A stretch of DNA of 19,977 nt, from the NCBI GenBank assembly GCA_965612865.1, contig CBFDTJ010000021.1, forward strand, positions 1 to 19,977, in the 5' to 3' direction. Positions within the stretch are counted from its first letter, which is position 1. Each line of letters opens with the position of its first letter. The notes beneath the pieces are model-generated. The model had not been told where the DNA came from. It searched no databases and was given only the letters and a program-made list of their open reading frames with translations. Of the stretch, positions 9,376 through 19,977 are shown piece after piece. The position numbers were made by a program, and so were the translations under genes. This DNA is from an uncultured bacterium (GTDB lineage: Bacteria > Caldisericota > Caldisericia > B22-G15).

Positions 9376-10490
9376 AAAAGAAGAGCATAACAATAATCGA
9401 ATTAAAAGAAAATGGAAAGATTGTTTTTACAACAGGGAATGCTCTTGGGGAAGGTATAGATATTGTTCTAAGAGAAGAAATTTATTCTTCAGAACTTAAA
9501 AAGGGTAAAATAACTGAAGCAGGTCTGTTTAAAAAACAGATTCTTGATGCAATAAAAAAAATAGAGGATGAAGTTGGTGAGACAGATATATTTGTATCCA
9601 TAAATAATACTCCTTCCATTCATAAAAAGAAAATACTTATCAAAACCAATGGAAGAAAAATTAGAGAGAGGGATGTAGCTAGTATGGAATCTCTTATTAG
9701 AGATTCTCTAACCAAAAAAGGGAAAGAGGTAATTCATATAATTAGAGAGGGTTTTTCTATTGATGGAAAAAAGGTTTCAACCCCAATAGATGAACGGGGA
9801 GATAGATTTATTGGAAACTTCCTTGTTTTTGCTATAGATGATAAGAAGCCAAAGCTCATTAAAAGAATCCTCAATAAGAAACTCAGCGGATTTTTTATTG
9901 AGCCTCTTCTTATCTTTTATGGTTTAAAGACATCCTTCTCAAGGAACTTCATAATTATATTTAATATAAACAGCACCCAGATAATATTTGGAAAAGATAA
10001 CTCTCCAAGGTATGTGGATAGTCTTCCTCTTGGAATCAGCGACATTATAAGAGATCTTTCCTATATATTAAAAATCTCCCCGAGAGAGGCAGAAAGATTA
10101 CTACACAAAGATAAACTTTTAGATTTAAGAATTTTAAAATCGGAGGATTATCCCATTGCTATAGAAAAGAAAGTAGCATCTATGCGTTTCCTTGAAATTC
10201 TGGAATTCATTGAGAATAGAACTGAAAGAATTAGCTTTAACTTCTTCCCTGAGGAAGTTGTAATATGCGGTGAAGGTGCTAAACTTAAGAATATAAAAGA
10301 GTTTACCAAAAAGTTCTTTGATTTACCTGCATCCTTGGGAGAGCCGGACGAGTTTAACAGTGAGCTTGAATTGGACAATCAAGAGATGATATCTACTATT
10401 GGTGGTTTTAAAATGGTGAAGGCGAAGGAGGCAAAAAAGAGAGGTTTAATGGACAGCTTTATTAATTTGATGGAGAGATTATTTGATTAA
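9372..10490 (+). CDS. ftsA: Cell division protein FtsA (divergent)
   Basis: Immediately upstream of ftsZ; 1C-like [54 protein letters not shown]-terminal amphipathic helix [15 protein letters not shown]. Confidence 0.85.
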   Translation: MKKKSITIIELKENGKIVFTTGNALGEGIDIVLREEIYSSELKKGKITEAGLFKKQILDAIKKIEDEVGETDIFVSINNTPSIHKKKILIKTNGRKIRERDVASMESLIRDSLTKKGKEVIHIIREGFSIDGKKVSTPIDERGDRFIGNFLVFAIDDKKPKLIKRILNKKLSGFFIEPLLIFYGLKTSFSRNFIIIFNINSTQIIFGKDNSPRYVDSLPLGISDIIRDLSYILKISPREAERLLHKDKLLDLRILKSEDYPIAIEKKVASMRFLEILEFIENRTERISFNFFPEEVVICGEGAKLKNIKEFTKKFFDLPASLGEPDEFNSELELDNQEMISTIGGFKMVKAKEAKKRGLMDSFINLMERLFD

Positions 10491-10496
10491 AGGAGG
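10490..10496 (+). promoter_or_regulatory. Shine-Dalgarno site of ftsZ
   Basis: AAGGAGG, 5 nt before ATG 10502. Confidence 0.85.
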
Positions 10497-10501
10497 AACT
10501 T

Positions 10502-11566
10502 ATGGGTAATGCTTATGACCCATGGCAGGAAACAAAACCTATAATAAAGGTCGTGGGTGTTGGTGGAGCAGGCACCAATGCTGTGAATAGAATGATCGAG
10601 AGGGATGTTAAAAATGTGGAGTTTATAGCTATAAACACCGATGTTCAGGTGCTCAAACTCTCAAAAGCACATAGACTTGTACAGATTGGACCAAAAACGA
10701 CTAAAGGTCTTGGAGCAGGTTCTGATCCTGAACTTGGAGCAAAAGCTGCCAGTGAAAGCAAAGAGGAGATAAAAGACGCTCTTCTTGGAGCAGATCTTGT
10801 GTTTATAACTGCTGGAATGGGTAAAGGAACTGGAACAGGTGCATCTCCAATTGTAGCAGAAATAGCGAGAGAAATAGGTGCTTTAACAATTGGTGTTGTT
10901 ACAAAACCTTTTACCTTTGAAGGTAGAAAAAGGATGATGATAGCAGAGGAAGGTGTTGAACAACTAAAAGAAAAGGTAGACACATTAATCGTTATTTCCA
11001 ACAATAGACTCCTTGAAATAACCTCTTCAAAGACGAGTTTACTGGATTCTTTCTCTCTTGCAGATGAAGCTTTAAGGCAGGGTGTTCAGGGAATATCAGA
11101 TCTTCTTACACAACCAGGAATAATAAATGTTGACTTCAATGATATATCTAAAATAATGAGAGGAGCAGGGAATGCCTGGCTTGGCGTTGGTATGGGTTCT
11201 GGAGATAAGAGAGCAGAGCAGGCAGCAAAGAATGCTATAACCAGCCCACTTCTTGAAATATCATTATCTGGAGCAAAAGGTCTTGTGGTAAATATAGCAG
11301 GAAACAAAAATATATCTTTGCATGAAGTTAAAAGGGCCATGGGAGTTATTTCAAATTCTGTAGATCCAGAAGCAAATATAATCTTTGGAGTTACCATAGA
11401 TGAGGAGCTTGGGGATCAGATGAAGATAATAGTAATCGCCACAAACTTCCAGCCGAAATATAAAAAGGAAGCAATACTTGAAGGTCTTGAATCAGATATT
11501 TTAACTCCTGATGATCTGAAAATTCCACCTTTCCTCAGAAGAAAAAGGAGAACTGAAGAAGAGTGA
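10502..11566 (+). CDS. ftsZ: Cell division GTPase FtsZ
   Basis: [48 protein letters not shown]-terminal peptide [10 protein letters not shown]. Confidence 0.99.
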   Translation: MGNAYDPWQETKPIIKVVGVGGAGTNAVNRMIERDVKNVEFIAINTDVQVLKLSKAHRLVQIGPKTTKGLGAGSDPELGAKAASESKEEIKDALLGADLVFITAGMGKGTGTGASPIVAEIAREIGALTIGVVTKPFTFEGRKRMMIAEEGVEQLKEKVDTLIVISNNRLLEITSSKTSLLDSFSLADEALRQGVQGISDLLTQPGIINVDFNDISKIMRGAGNAWLGVGMGSGDKRAEQAAKNAITSPLLEISLSGAKGLVVNIAGNKNISLHEVKRAMGVISNSVDPEANIIFGVTIDEELGDQMKIIVIATNFQPKYKKEAILEGLESDILTPDDLKIPPFLRRKRRTEEE

Positions 11567-12420
11567 GAAGGTGGATACTTATAATAATAATCGTCTCTGT
11601 TATTTTTGTATTTATAAAAGGAAAGGATGTACTCTCATTTCTCTCAATTCCAGATACAGTTAAATTAGAATCTGTGGAGTCTAAAATTGTGGTGAATAAA
11701 AAGGCTTTTGCTCTACTGAAGGAAAAAATCATATTTTCTCCTTACGAAGGAAGAGTAGAATATTTTTTTAAAGAGGGAGATAGAGTGCCAAAGGATGCAC
11801 TTGTTGCACAGATTGAAACAGAAAATGGAATATTTAAATTTTTTGCCCCTGAAAGCGGAATATTTTCAAAAAAATTTGACGAAGTAAGCCTCACTGAAAA
11901 TATAAACAAGATAGAAATTGAAAAATATCTGAAAGATAACAAAACACCTAAGTATAAAACTCTTGAAGCATTAACAATACTTCATCCAGGAGATCCTGTT
12001 TTCAGAGTAGTTGATAATCTTAGTGCCACTCTCTATGTTTTGAAGGATAATATACTTGATAAACTTATTGAGGATAGAGAAATCTTTATAGAAGATGAGA
12101 TTAGAGGTGAAGAAATTCCTATCTATCTAAAAGGCATATCAGAAGATCTCGTTGAGCTGGAAATGGGAATACATGTTGAAGATTTTATTAATAACAGAAC
12201 TCCAATAATAAATATTATCGCGTTTGAAGGAAAGGTTATTAAAATTCCTAAAAGGTTTATAAAAAGGGATGGAATTATGATTAATGATGAAAACAACTCT
12301 ATATTTATCTCCCTTGATAGCCTTTTCTTTGTAAAGAAAGATAACTACTTTGTATTTCCATTTATTGAGGAGAACAAAAAGTTATTTAAGTTTTCAGGAA
12401 AAGATATTATAAAAGAATAA
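11563..12420 (+). CDS. Membrane-anchored HlyD/MFP-like protein with biotinyl-lipoyl-like half motifs, function unknown
   Basis: N-terminal TM/signal segment; [24 protein letters not shown] and FAPESGIFS half-motifs; [13 protein letters not shown] overlaps the ftsZ stop (GTGA). Confidence 0.7.
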   Translation: MRRWILIIIIVSVIFVFIKGKDVLSFLSIPDTVKLESVESKIVVNKKAFALLKEKIIFSPYEGRVEYFFKEGDRVPKDALVAQIETENGIFKFFAPESGIFSKKFDEVSLTENINKIEIEKYLKDNKTPKYKTLEALTILHPGDPVFRVVDNLSATLYVLKDNILDKLIEDREIFIEDEIRGEEIPIYLKGISEDLVELEMGIHVEDFINNRTPIINIIAFEGKVIKIPKRFIKRDGIMINDENNSIFISLDSLFFVKKDNYFVFPFIEENKKLFKFSGKDIIKE

Positions 12421-12426
12421 AGGAGG
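12420..12426 (+). promoter_or_regulatory. Shine-Dalgarno site of sepF
   Basis: AAGGAGG, 5 nt before GTG 12432. Confidence 0.8.
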
Positions 12427-12431
12427 ATGCT

Positions 12432-12821
12432 GTGGGATTTTTTGAGAAACTGAAACGTATGTTTGGATTTGAAGAGGAAATCAAAGAAATAAGTGATATG
12501 GAGGAAGAAAGTGAAATTTCAATTACAGATGAGGTGGATGGAATGAAATTAATAGTGATTGAACCAAAATCCTTCGATGAAGCTCAAAGGGTCATAGATG
12601 ATCTAAAATCTGGTAGACCTGTAGTTATAAACTTTGAAGAAACGGATAGGGAGCTTGCAAGAAGATTTATTGACTTTGTCACTGGTGGTGTTTACGCAAT
12701 GGATGGAACTACAGAAAAGATAGCAAACTATGTAGTTCTATTTGCACCTCCAGGTGTTGAGGTAAGTAAAGAATCAAAGAAATTCTGGAAAAAGAAAATA
12801 GAGGAAAAAGAAGAAATCTGA
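12432..12821 (+). CDS. sepF: Cell division protein SepF
   Basis: N-terminal amphipathic MGFFEKLKRMFG, acidic linker, EPKSFDEAQ, VVINFE, RRFIDFVTGGVYAMDG, LFAP. Confidence 0.95.
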   Translation: MGFFEKLKRMFGFEEEIKEISDMEEESEISITDEVDGMKLIVIEPKSFDEAQRVIDDLKSGRPVVINFEETDRELARRFIDFVTGGVYAMDGTTEKIANYVVLFAPPGVEVSKESKKFWKKKIEEKEEI

Positions 12822-12829
12822 GAAAATAT

Positions 12830-12858
12830 TTGCACCAAATCCTACTTTTTGGTATAAA
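12830..12858 (+). promoter_or_regulatory. Putative sigma70/sigmaA promoter
   Basis: -35 TTGCAC (12830-12835), 17-bp spacer, TG-extended -10 TATAAA (12853-12858). The -10 lacks the consensus last T. Confidence 0.55.
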
Positions 12859-12865
12859 TAAAGTT

Positions 12866-12950
12866 AGCTCTGACTCCTTCGTTGCCTCATATTAGTCGTA
12901 CCCTTCAAAGAGGGAACGGTGAGGTAACGAGGAGTCGGAGCTTTTCTTTT
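12866..12950 (+). ncRNA. Candidate structured small RNA (long rod hairpin plus U-rich tail), family not recognised
   Basis: 12866-12889 pairs with 12920-12942 (23 bp, one bulged U, two G-U pairs); inner stem CGU-A-CCCUU/CAAA/GAGGG-A-ACG; UUUUCUUUU at 12942-12950; begins 7 nt after the putative -10. Confidence 0.55.
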
Positions 12951-13326
12951 CAAGTAAATAAAGTATTAATTTCTTTGAGAATGTAGAATTTTCTGAAAAT
13001 TTCACCTTATTTATGAGCCTTTTAACTCTTCTGATGCCGGTTTCTTCACCTTCTTTTATCTTTATAAGTGATATGATAGCCTTTCTTTCATCTTTTGAAA
13101 AGGTATCACTTATATCCAGTTCAAAAAGCTTATTAATTGGAATACGGTTTATTATAGAGGCAAACACCTCATCTGGCGCATCTATAAAATTTATAATCTC
13201 CCAATCAACTATTATCTTTGAATTAATATCAAAAGTCTTAGAGAGAAAGACAACTACTTTCTCCTCCCAGTAACCGAAATCATTTTTTGTTAAAATCCTG
13301 TAACTTCCAGAAATGTCTTTTCTCAT
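12892..13326 (-). CDS. Hypothetical (orphan) protein, ~144 aa
   Basis: ORF fills the gap between the operons with genome-like K/I/E-rich composition and has a good upstream promoter. ATG 13326 is preferred over GTG 13332, which lies too close to the -10. No family recognised. Confidence 0.7.
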   Translation of the reverse strand: MRKDISGSYRILTKNDFGYWEEKVVVFLSKTFDINSKIIVDWEIINFIDAPDEVFASIINRIPINKLFELDISDTFSKDERKAIISLIKIKEGEETGIRRVKRLINKVKFSENSTFSKKLILYLLEKKSSDSSLPHRSLFEGYD

Positions 13327-13335
13327 AATCACTTA

Positions 13336-13364
13336 AGTATAAAATATAAAGAGGTTAAATTCAA
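13336..13364 (-). promoter_or_regulatory. Putative sigma70/sigmaA promoter for the orphan ORF
   Basis: On -: TTGAAT (13364-13359), 17 bp, TATACT (13341-13336). Confidence 0.7.
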
Positions 13365-13400
13365 GGATGAAAATTTGATAAGATGCGGTAGTCAAAACTT

Positions 13401-13427
13401 TATGGGGAGGTTAAACACCTCCCCATA
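13401..13427 (-). terminator. Stem-loop at the end of the oxidoreductase operon, probable intrinsic terminator
   Basis: Perfect 11-bp inverted repeat TATGGGGAGGT/ACCTCCCCATA with a 5-nt loop, 7 nt after the stop; followed on - by AAGTTTT (weak U tract). Confidence 0.7.
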
Positions 13428-13434
13428 TTCAATC

Positions 13435-13977
13435 TCATTTTACGAGCTTTGCCCCTTCGTCAAGGGCTTTAAAGTTTACTTCCACTAAGTGCTTCTTTCT
13501 TCCACCCAAAAACTTCTCTACTGCTTTCTTAATCTCGTCGAGAGGAATTATTCCAGTTTTAGCTATAAAGGCACCAAGCACAACCATATTGGCTGTTAAG
13601 GGATTACCCACAACATCCTCAGCAATTTTATTTGCAGGAATCTCTAAAACTTCAATGTCGTCTCTTTCCACTTTTCTATCTACAAGAGATGAATTTACAA
13701 TAAGAAGACCGCCCTTTTTAACTCTTGGTTCAAACTTATCAAGAGATGGTCTATTCATAACAATTATGTTATCACTTGTGGCAAGAACAGGAGATGCAAT
13801 GGGCTTATCAGAAACAATCACGGTACAATTCGCTGTTCCTCCTCTTGTTTCAGGTCCGTAGGATGGAAAAAATGTAGCATTAACACCCATTCTTGTAGCA
13901 GCTTCACATATAACCTCTCCTGCAAGCATTACACCCTGACCGCCAAAACCAGCAATTATCACTTCAAGATACATCAC
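13435..13977 (-). CDS. 2-oxoacid:ferredoxin oxidoreductase gamma subunit
   Basis: AGFGGQGV, PSYGPETRGG, ANMVVLGA, N.KAL..G. The start may be ATG 13974 (TGATG overlap with the beta stop). Confidence 0.95.
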   Translation of the reverse strand: MMYLEVIIAGFGGQGVMLAGEVICEAATRMGVNATFFPSYGPETRGGTANCTVIVSDKPIASPVLATSDNIIVMNRPSLDKFEPRVKKGGLLIVNSSLVDRKVERDDIEVLEIPANKIAEDVVGNPLTANMVVLGAFIAKTGIIPLDEIKKAVEKFLGGRKKHLVEVNFKALDEGAKLVK

Positions 13978-14726
13978 TCCACCCCCTCTTTAACTTTAAA
14001 TTCACCAAGAGGATAGTAAGGAATTAACTCTTTCTCTATTCTATTAAGGGCTTCAATGGGAGTCATGTGCCATTGAATAGGACATGCAGAGAGAAATTCA
14101 ACCATTGAAAAACCTAACCCTTTAAGTTGGGCATTAAATGCCTTCCTCAAAAATTTCTTGGCTTGAACTATTCTTGCTGGTTTATTAACAGCTGCTCTCG
14201 CAATGTATGCTGGTCCCTCAAGAGTTGCAAGCATCTCACTTACTCTTATTGGATAACCACAAACATTGGGATCTCTTCCATATGGACTTGTGGTAGTTTT
14301 TTGTCCAACAAGAGTTGTGGGTGCCATCTGTCCACCCGTCATTCCATAATTTGTGTTATTGATAAATACGACAGTAATTTTCTCTCCTCTTGCTGCTGCG
14401 TGCGCAATTTCAGCCATACCAATAGATGCAAGATCACCATCACCCTGATATGAGATTACAAAGCTATCAGGACTCGCCCTCTTTATACCTGTTGCCATAG
14501 CAGGTGCTCTTCCGTGAGCTGCCTCCACTCCATCTGTTTTAAGGTACTCATAACCAAGGACAGAACAACCTACCGGCCAGACTATTACAGTTTTTTCTAA
14601 AAGGTTCATCTCATCTATAAGTTCTGCAATTAATCTGTGAACAATTCCATGGTGACACCCTGGACAGTAGTGGGTATTCTTCTTCTCTAAGGATTTTGGA
14701 AAGGTGTATATAGGCTTTACAGTCAT
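13974..14726 (-). CDS. 2-oxoacid:ferredoxin oxidoreductase beta (TPP-binding) subunit, VOR-like
   Basis: YCPGCHHG, VGCS, AHGRAPA, TPP motif QGDGDLASIG...INNTNYGMTGGQ. Confidence 0.95.
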   Translation of the reverse strand: MTVKPIYTFPKSLEKKNTHYCPGCHHGIVHRLIAELIDEMNLLEKTVIVWPVGCSVLGYEYLKTDGVEAAHGRAPAMATGIKRASPDSFVISYQGDGDLASIGMAEIAHAAARGEKITVVFINNTNYGMTGGQMAPTTLVGQKTTTSPYGRDPNVCGYPIRVSEMLATLEGPAYIARAAVNKPARIVQAKKFLRKAFNAQLKGLGFSMVEFLSACPIQWHMTPIEALNRIEKELIPYYPLGEFKVKEGVE

Positions 14727-14727
14727 T

Positions 14728-15792
14728 TTATTTCACCTCCTCAAGTTTTTTCTTGAAAAACTCCTTTATCTCATCAACTGTTGGAACCATTCCTCCTGTT
14801 CTTCCATAGAAATATACTGGCTTTTTGTCCTTCACTGCAAGGTTTACATCTTCAAGCATTTGACCAAGATTCATTTCCACATCAAGGAAAAATTTAACTT
14901 TATCAATAAATGCTGCAAGTTCTTTATATGGGAAGGGCCAGAGAGTTATTGGTCTAAATAAACCAACTTTTATACCCTCTTCCCTCAACTCATCTACAAC
15001 AGATTTCACAATCCTTCCTGTGGTACCAAAGGCAACAATTAAATACTCTATGTCATCACACTTATATTCTTCCCATCTTTTTTCCTTCTCTTCAATCTCT
15101 TTATACTTCTCTTTAAGAGCGAGGTTTATCTTTTCTAAACCTTCAGGTCTAAGATCAAGGGAAGTTATTACGTTTTTGGATCTCCCTTTTGCACCGGTTG
15201 TTACCCACGGCTTTTCCGGTAAATCTTCAGGTTTTATATCGTATTTAAACTCAACTGCCTCCATCATCTGACCAAGGATTCCATCAAGGAAAAGTTCTAC
15301 AACCATTCTATACTTATCTGCAAGATCAAAAGCTACTGGAACTAAATCTACAACTTCTTGAACTGTAGAGGGTGCAAGAACAATTAAATGATAATCACCA
15401 TGTCCACCGCCTTTTGTTGCCTGAAAATAATCTGATTGAGCAGGTTGTATGTCTCCAAGACCTGGACCTCCTCTAACAATGTTTGCCACAACTGCCGGAA
15501 CATTAGAACCAGATATATAAGATATTCCTTCCTGCATAAGTGAAAATCCCGGGGAAGAGGTTGATGTAAAAACTCTTTTTCCTGCACATGCCGCACCATA
15601 AACCATGTTTATTGCAGCAACTTCGCTCTCAGCCTGAAGGTATGTTCCCCCAATAAGGGGGAGTTTCCTTGAGAAATACTCTGGAGTTTCATTCTGAGGA
15701 GTTATAGGATAACCAAAGAACAATCTACAACCTGAACGAATAACTGCTTCAGCGAGCGCTTCTGCTCCTTTCATAAATATCTTCTCACTCAT
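14728..15792 (-). CDS. vorB: 2-oxoacid:ferredoxin oxidoreductase alpha-type subunit (2-ketoisovalerate/VorB family)
   Basis: GYPITPQ, QAESEVAAINMVYGA, RGGPGLGDIQPAQSDYFQATKGGGHGD, VEMNLGQM. Confidence 0.9.
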   Translation of the reverse strand: MSEKIFMKGAEALAEAVIRSGCRLFFGYPITPQNETPEYFSRKLPLIGGTYLQAESEVAAINMVYGAACAGKRVFTSTSSPGFSLMQEGISYISGSNVPAVVANIVRGGPGLGDIQPAQSDYFQATKGGGHGDYHLIVLAPSTVQEVVDLVPVAFDLADKYRMVVELFLDGILGQMMEAVEFKYDIKPEDLPEKPWVTTGAKGRSKNVITSLDLRPEGLEKINLALKEKYKEIEEKEKRWEEYKCDDIEYLIVAFGTTGRIVKSVVDELREEGIKVGLFRPITLWPFPYKELAAFIDKVKFFLDVEMNLGQMLEDVNLAVKDKKPVYFYGRTGGMVPTVDEIKEFFKKKLEEVK

Positions 15793-16022
15793 TTTTTCAC
15801 CTCCTCCTTGATCCTGTAAACCTCAATAGCTGCCTCAGGACAAACCTGGGCACAAATCCCACACATTATGCATCCATCCTCATCAATAAGTATTGTTGGA
15901 TGATACCCCTTGGAATTTAAATTCTTATCCATTGCCAGCACATGTGTAGGACAGAAATGGATGCAATACCCACACTCCTTACAAAGCTCCCTCTCAATAA
16001 TTACTTTGCTTGGTTTTTCCAT
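15789..16022 (-). CDS. 2[4Fe-4S] ferredoxin-like delta subunit
   Basis: Two CxxCxxCxxxCP motifs (CKECGYCIHFCP, CIMCGICAQVCP); AAGGAGG upstream. Confidence 0.95.
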   Translation of the reverse strand: MEKPSKVIIERELCKECGYCIHFCPTHVLAMDKNLNSKGYHPTILIDEDGCIMCGICAQVCPEAAIEVYRIKEEVKK

Positions 16023-16031
16023 ATCTCCTCC

Positions 16032-19066
<3,035 letters not shown>

Positions 19067-19118
19067 CGCTACCTCCTTATTATTAATTTTTATAAATACC
19101 CTCCTTACCTCCTTATGT

Positions 19119-19913
19119 TTATGTGTATCTTGATACGAGACAACTTAAGACAATTGAATAGAATTTGGACTCAGGAGTATCTGCACGAGAGGGTAATACA
19201 ACCGGGACTTTCGCCCCTATTACGACACCTGCACTCTTTCCATCAGATAGATAATTCAAAATCTTAAAGAATATGTTTCCTGCTTCAATGTTTGGAACTA
19301 TAAACACATCTGCATCACCAGCAACAGGTGAGTCTATGCCTTTATGCTCTGCAGCCCATTTTGAAATTGCATTATCAAAAGCAAGGGGACCATCAGCTAT
19401 GATACCCCTAATCTGCCTTCTTTGAGCCATCTTTGCAATAAGCGCTGCATCAAGAGTTGATGGCATTTTGGGGTTAACTATCTCAATGGCTGATAGAAGA
19501 GCAACCTTTGGCGTTTCAATTTCGAGAGCTTTAGCTACGATGAGAGCATTCTTAAGAATCTCAACTTTCTCTTCAAGACTGGGTGCTATAACCATTCCAC
19601 CATCACTCATTATTATAAACTTGGGATACCTTGAGCATGACAAAACACCAACATGGGAGAGAAGCTTATACTTTCTTATCCCCTTTTCTTTGTCAAGAAC
19701 GGCATGTAGTAAATCTGGTGTTTTTACGAGACCCTTCATTATAAGATCAGCTTTACCTTCTCTTGCAAACTGAATGGAGAGTTCTATGGCTTTATAGTAA
19801 TCTTTCTCTTCAACAATCTCCATATCAGATTCAATATTCCCTTTCTTTAAAAACTCCTCAATTTTTTCTCTTTCGCCAATTAATACTGGCTCAGCAATTC
19901 CTTCATCCTTAGC
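19119..19913 (-). CDS. ptb: Phosphate butyryltransferase (phosphate acyltransferase family); 5'-truncated
   Basis: IMKGLVKT, LLSHV, SDGGM.IAP, DGPLAFDNAIS, VAGDAD...PNIEAGN, SRADT..SK..S. The MYKRQ start in the ORF track is adapter-derived. Confidence 0.92.
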   Translation of the reverse strand, partial: AKDEGIAEPVLIGEREKIEEFLKKGNIESDMEIVEEKDYYKAIELSIQFAREGKADLIMKGLVKTPDLLHAVLDKEKGIRKYKLLSHVGVLSCSRYPKFIIMSDGGMVIAPSLEEKVEILKNALIVAKALEIETPKVALLSAIEIVNPKMPSTLDAALIAKMAQRRQIRGIIADGPLAFDNAISKWAAEHKGIDSPVAGDADVFIVPNIEAGNIFFKILNYLSDGKSAGVVIGAKVPVVLPSRADTPESKFYSIVLSCLVSRYT

Positions 19914-19977
19914 CTGTCTCTTATACACATCTCCGAGCCCACGAGACTAGGCATGATCTCGTATGCCGTCTTCTGCT
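19914..19977 (+). other. Illumina Nextera i7/P7 adapter (sequencing artefact)
   Basis: Mosaic end CTGTCTCTTATACACATCT 19914-19932; CCGAGCCCACGAGAC 19933-19947; index TAGGCATG 19948-19955 (as I recall, N706); ATCTCGTATGCCGTCTTCTGCT 19956-19977. Confidence 0.99.

Noticed and set aside
377..11942. Short minus-strand ORFs (64-119 aa) opposite the dcw genes
   Set aside because: Antisense shadows of well-supported genes, with no recognisable motifs.
12866..12942. Hairpin as tRNA, SRP RNA, 6S RNA or CRISPR repeat
   Set aside because: No cloverleaf or T-loop, no SRP helix-8 motif, too short for 6S, single copy in the window and no cas genes.
13013..13273. 86-aa + strand ORF downstream of the hairpin (would make the hairpin a leader or riboswitch)
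   Set aside because: Ser/Ile/Phe-rich mirror of the minus-strand ORF, no SD, no family features.

Overview
About 19.8 kb of AT-rich bacterial DNA, with complete untrimmed Illumina Nextera adapters at both ends (1-69 and 19914-19977). These are technical artefacts that truncate the two terminal genes. The + strand (70-12821) carries a tightly coupled division/cell-wall (dcw) cluster: partial murE-like, murF, mraY, murD, ftsW, murG, murC, murB, short ftsQ-like, ftsA, ftsZ, an HlyD/MFP-like membrane protein and sepF. The - strand (13435-19913) carries an anaerobic amino-acid fermentation operon: partial ptb, glutamate dehydrogenase, buk, an uncharacterised P-loop protein and a four-subunit 2-oxoacid:ferredoxin oxidoreductase (VOR-like). 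The most unusual part lies where the two operons converge. A promoter-preceded, GC-rich, ~77-85 nt rod-like hairpin on + (candidate small RNA) is antisense to the 3' end of an orphan ORF on -, which has its own near-leaderless promoter. Also notable are degenerate substrate motifs in the MurE-like protein and loss of the ATP phosphate motifs in FtsA. No phage, CRISPR, rRNA, tRNA or genuine mobile element was seen. All calls come from motif recognition by eye; no searches were run.
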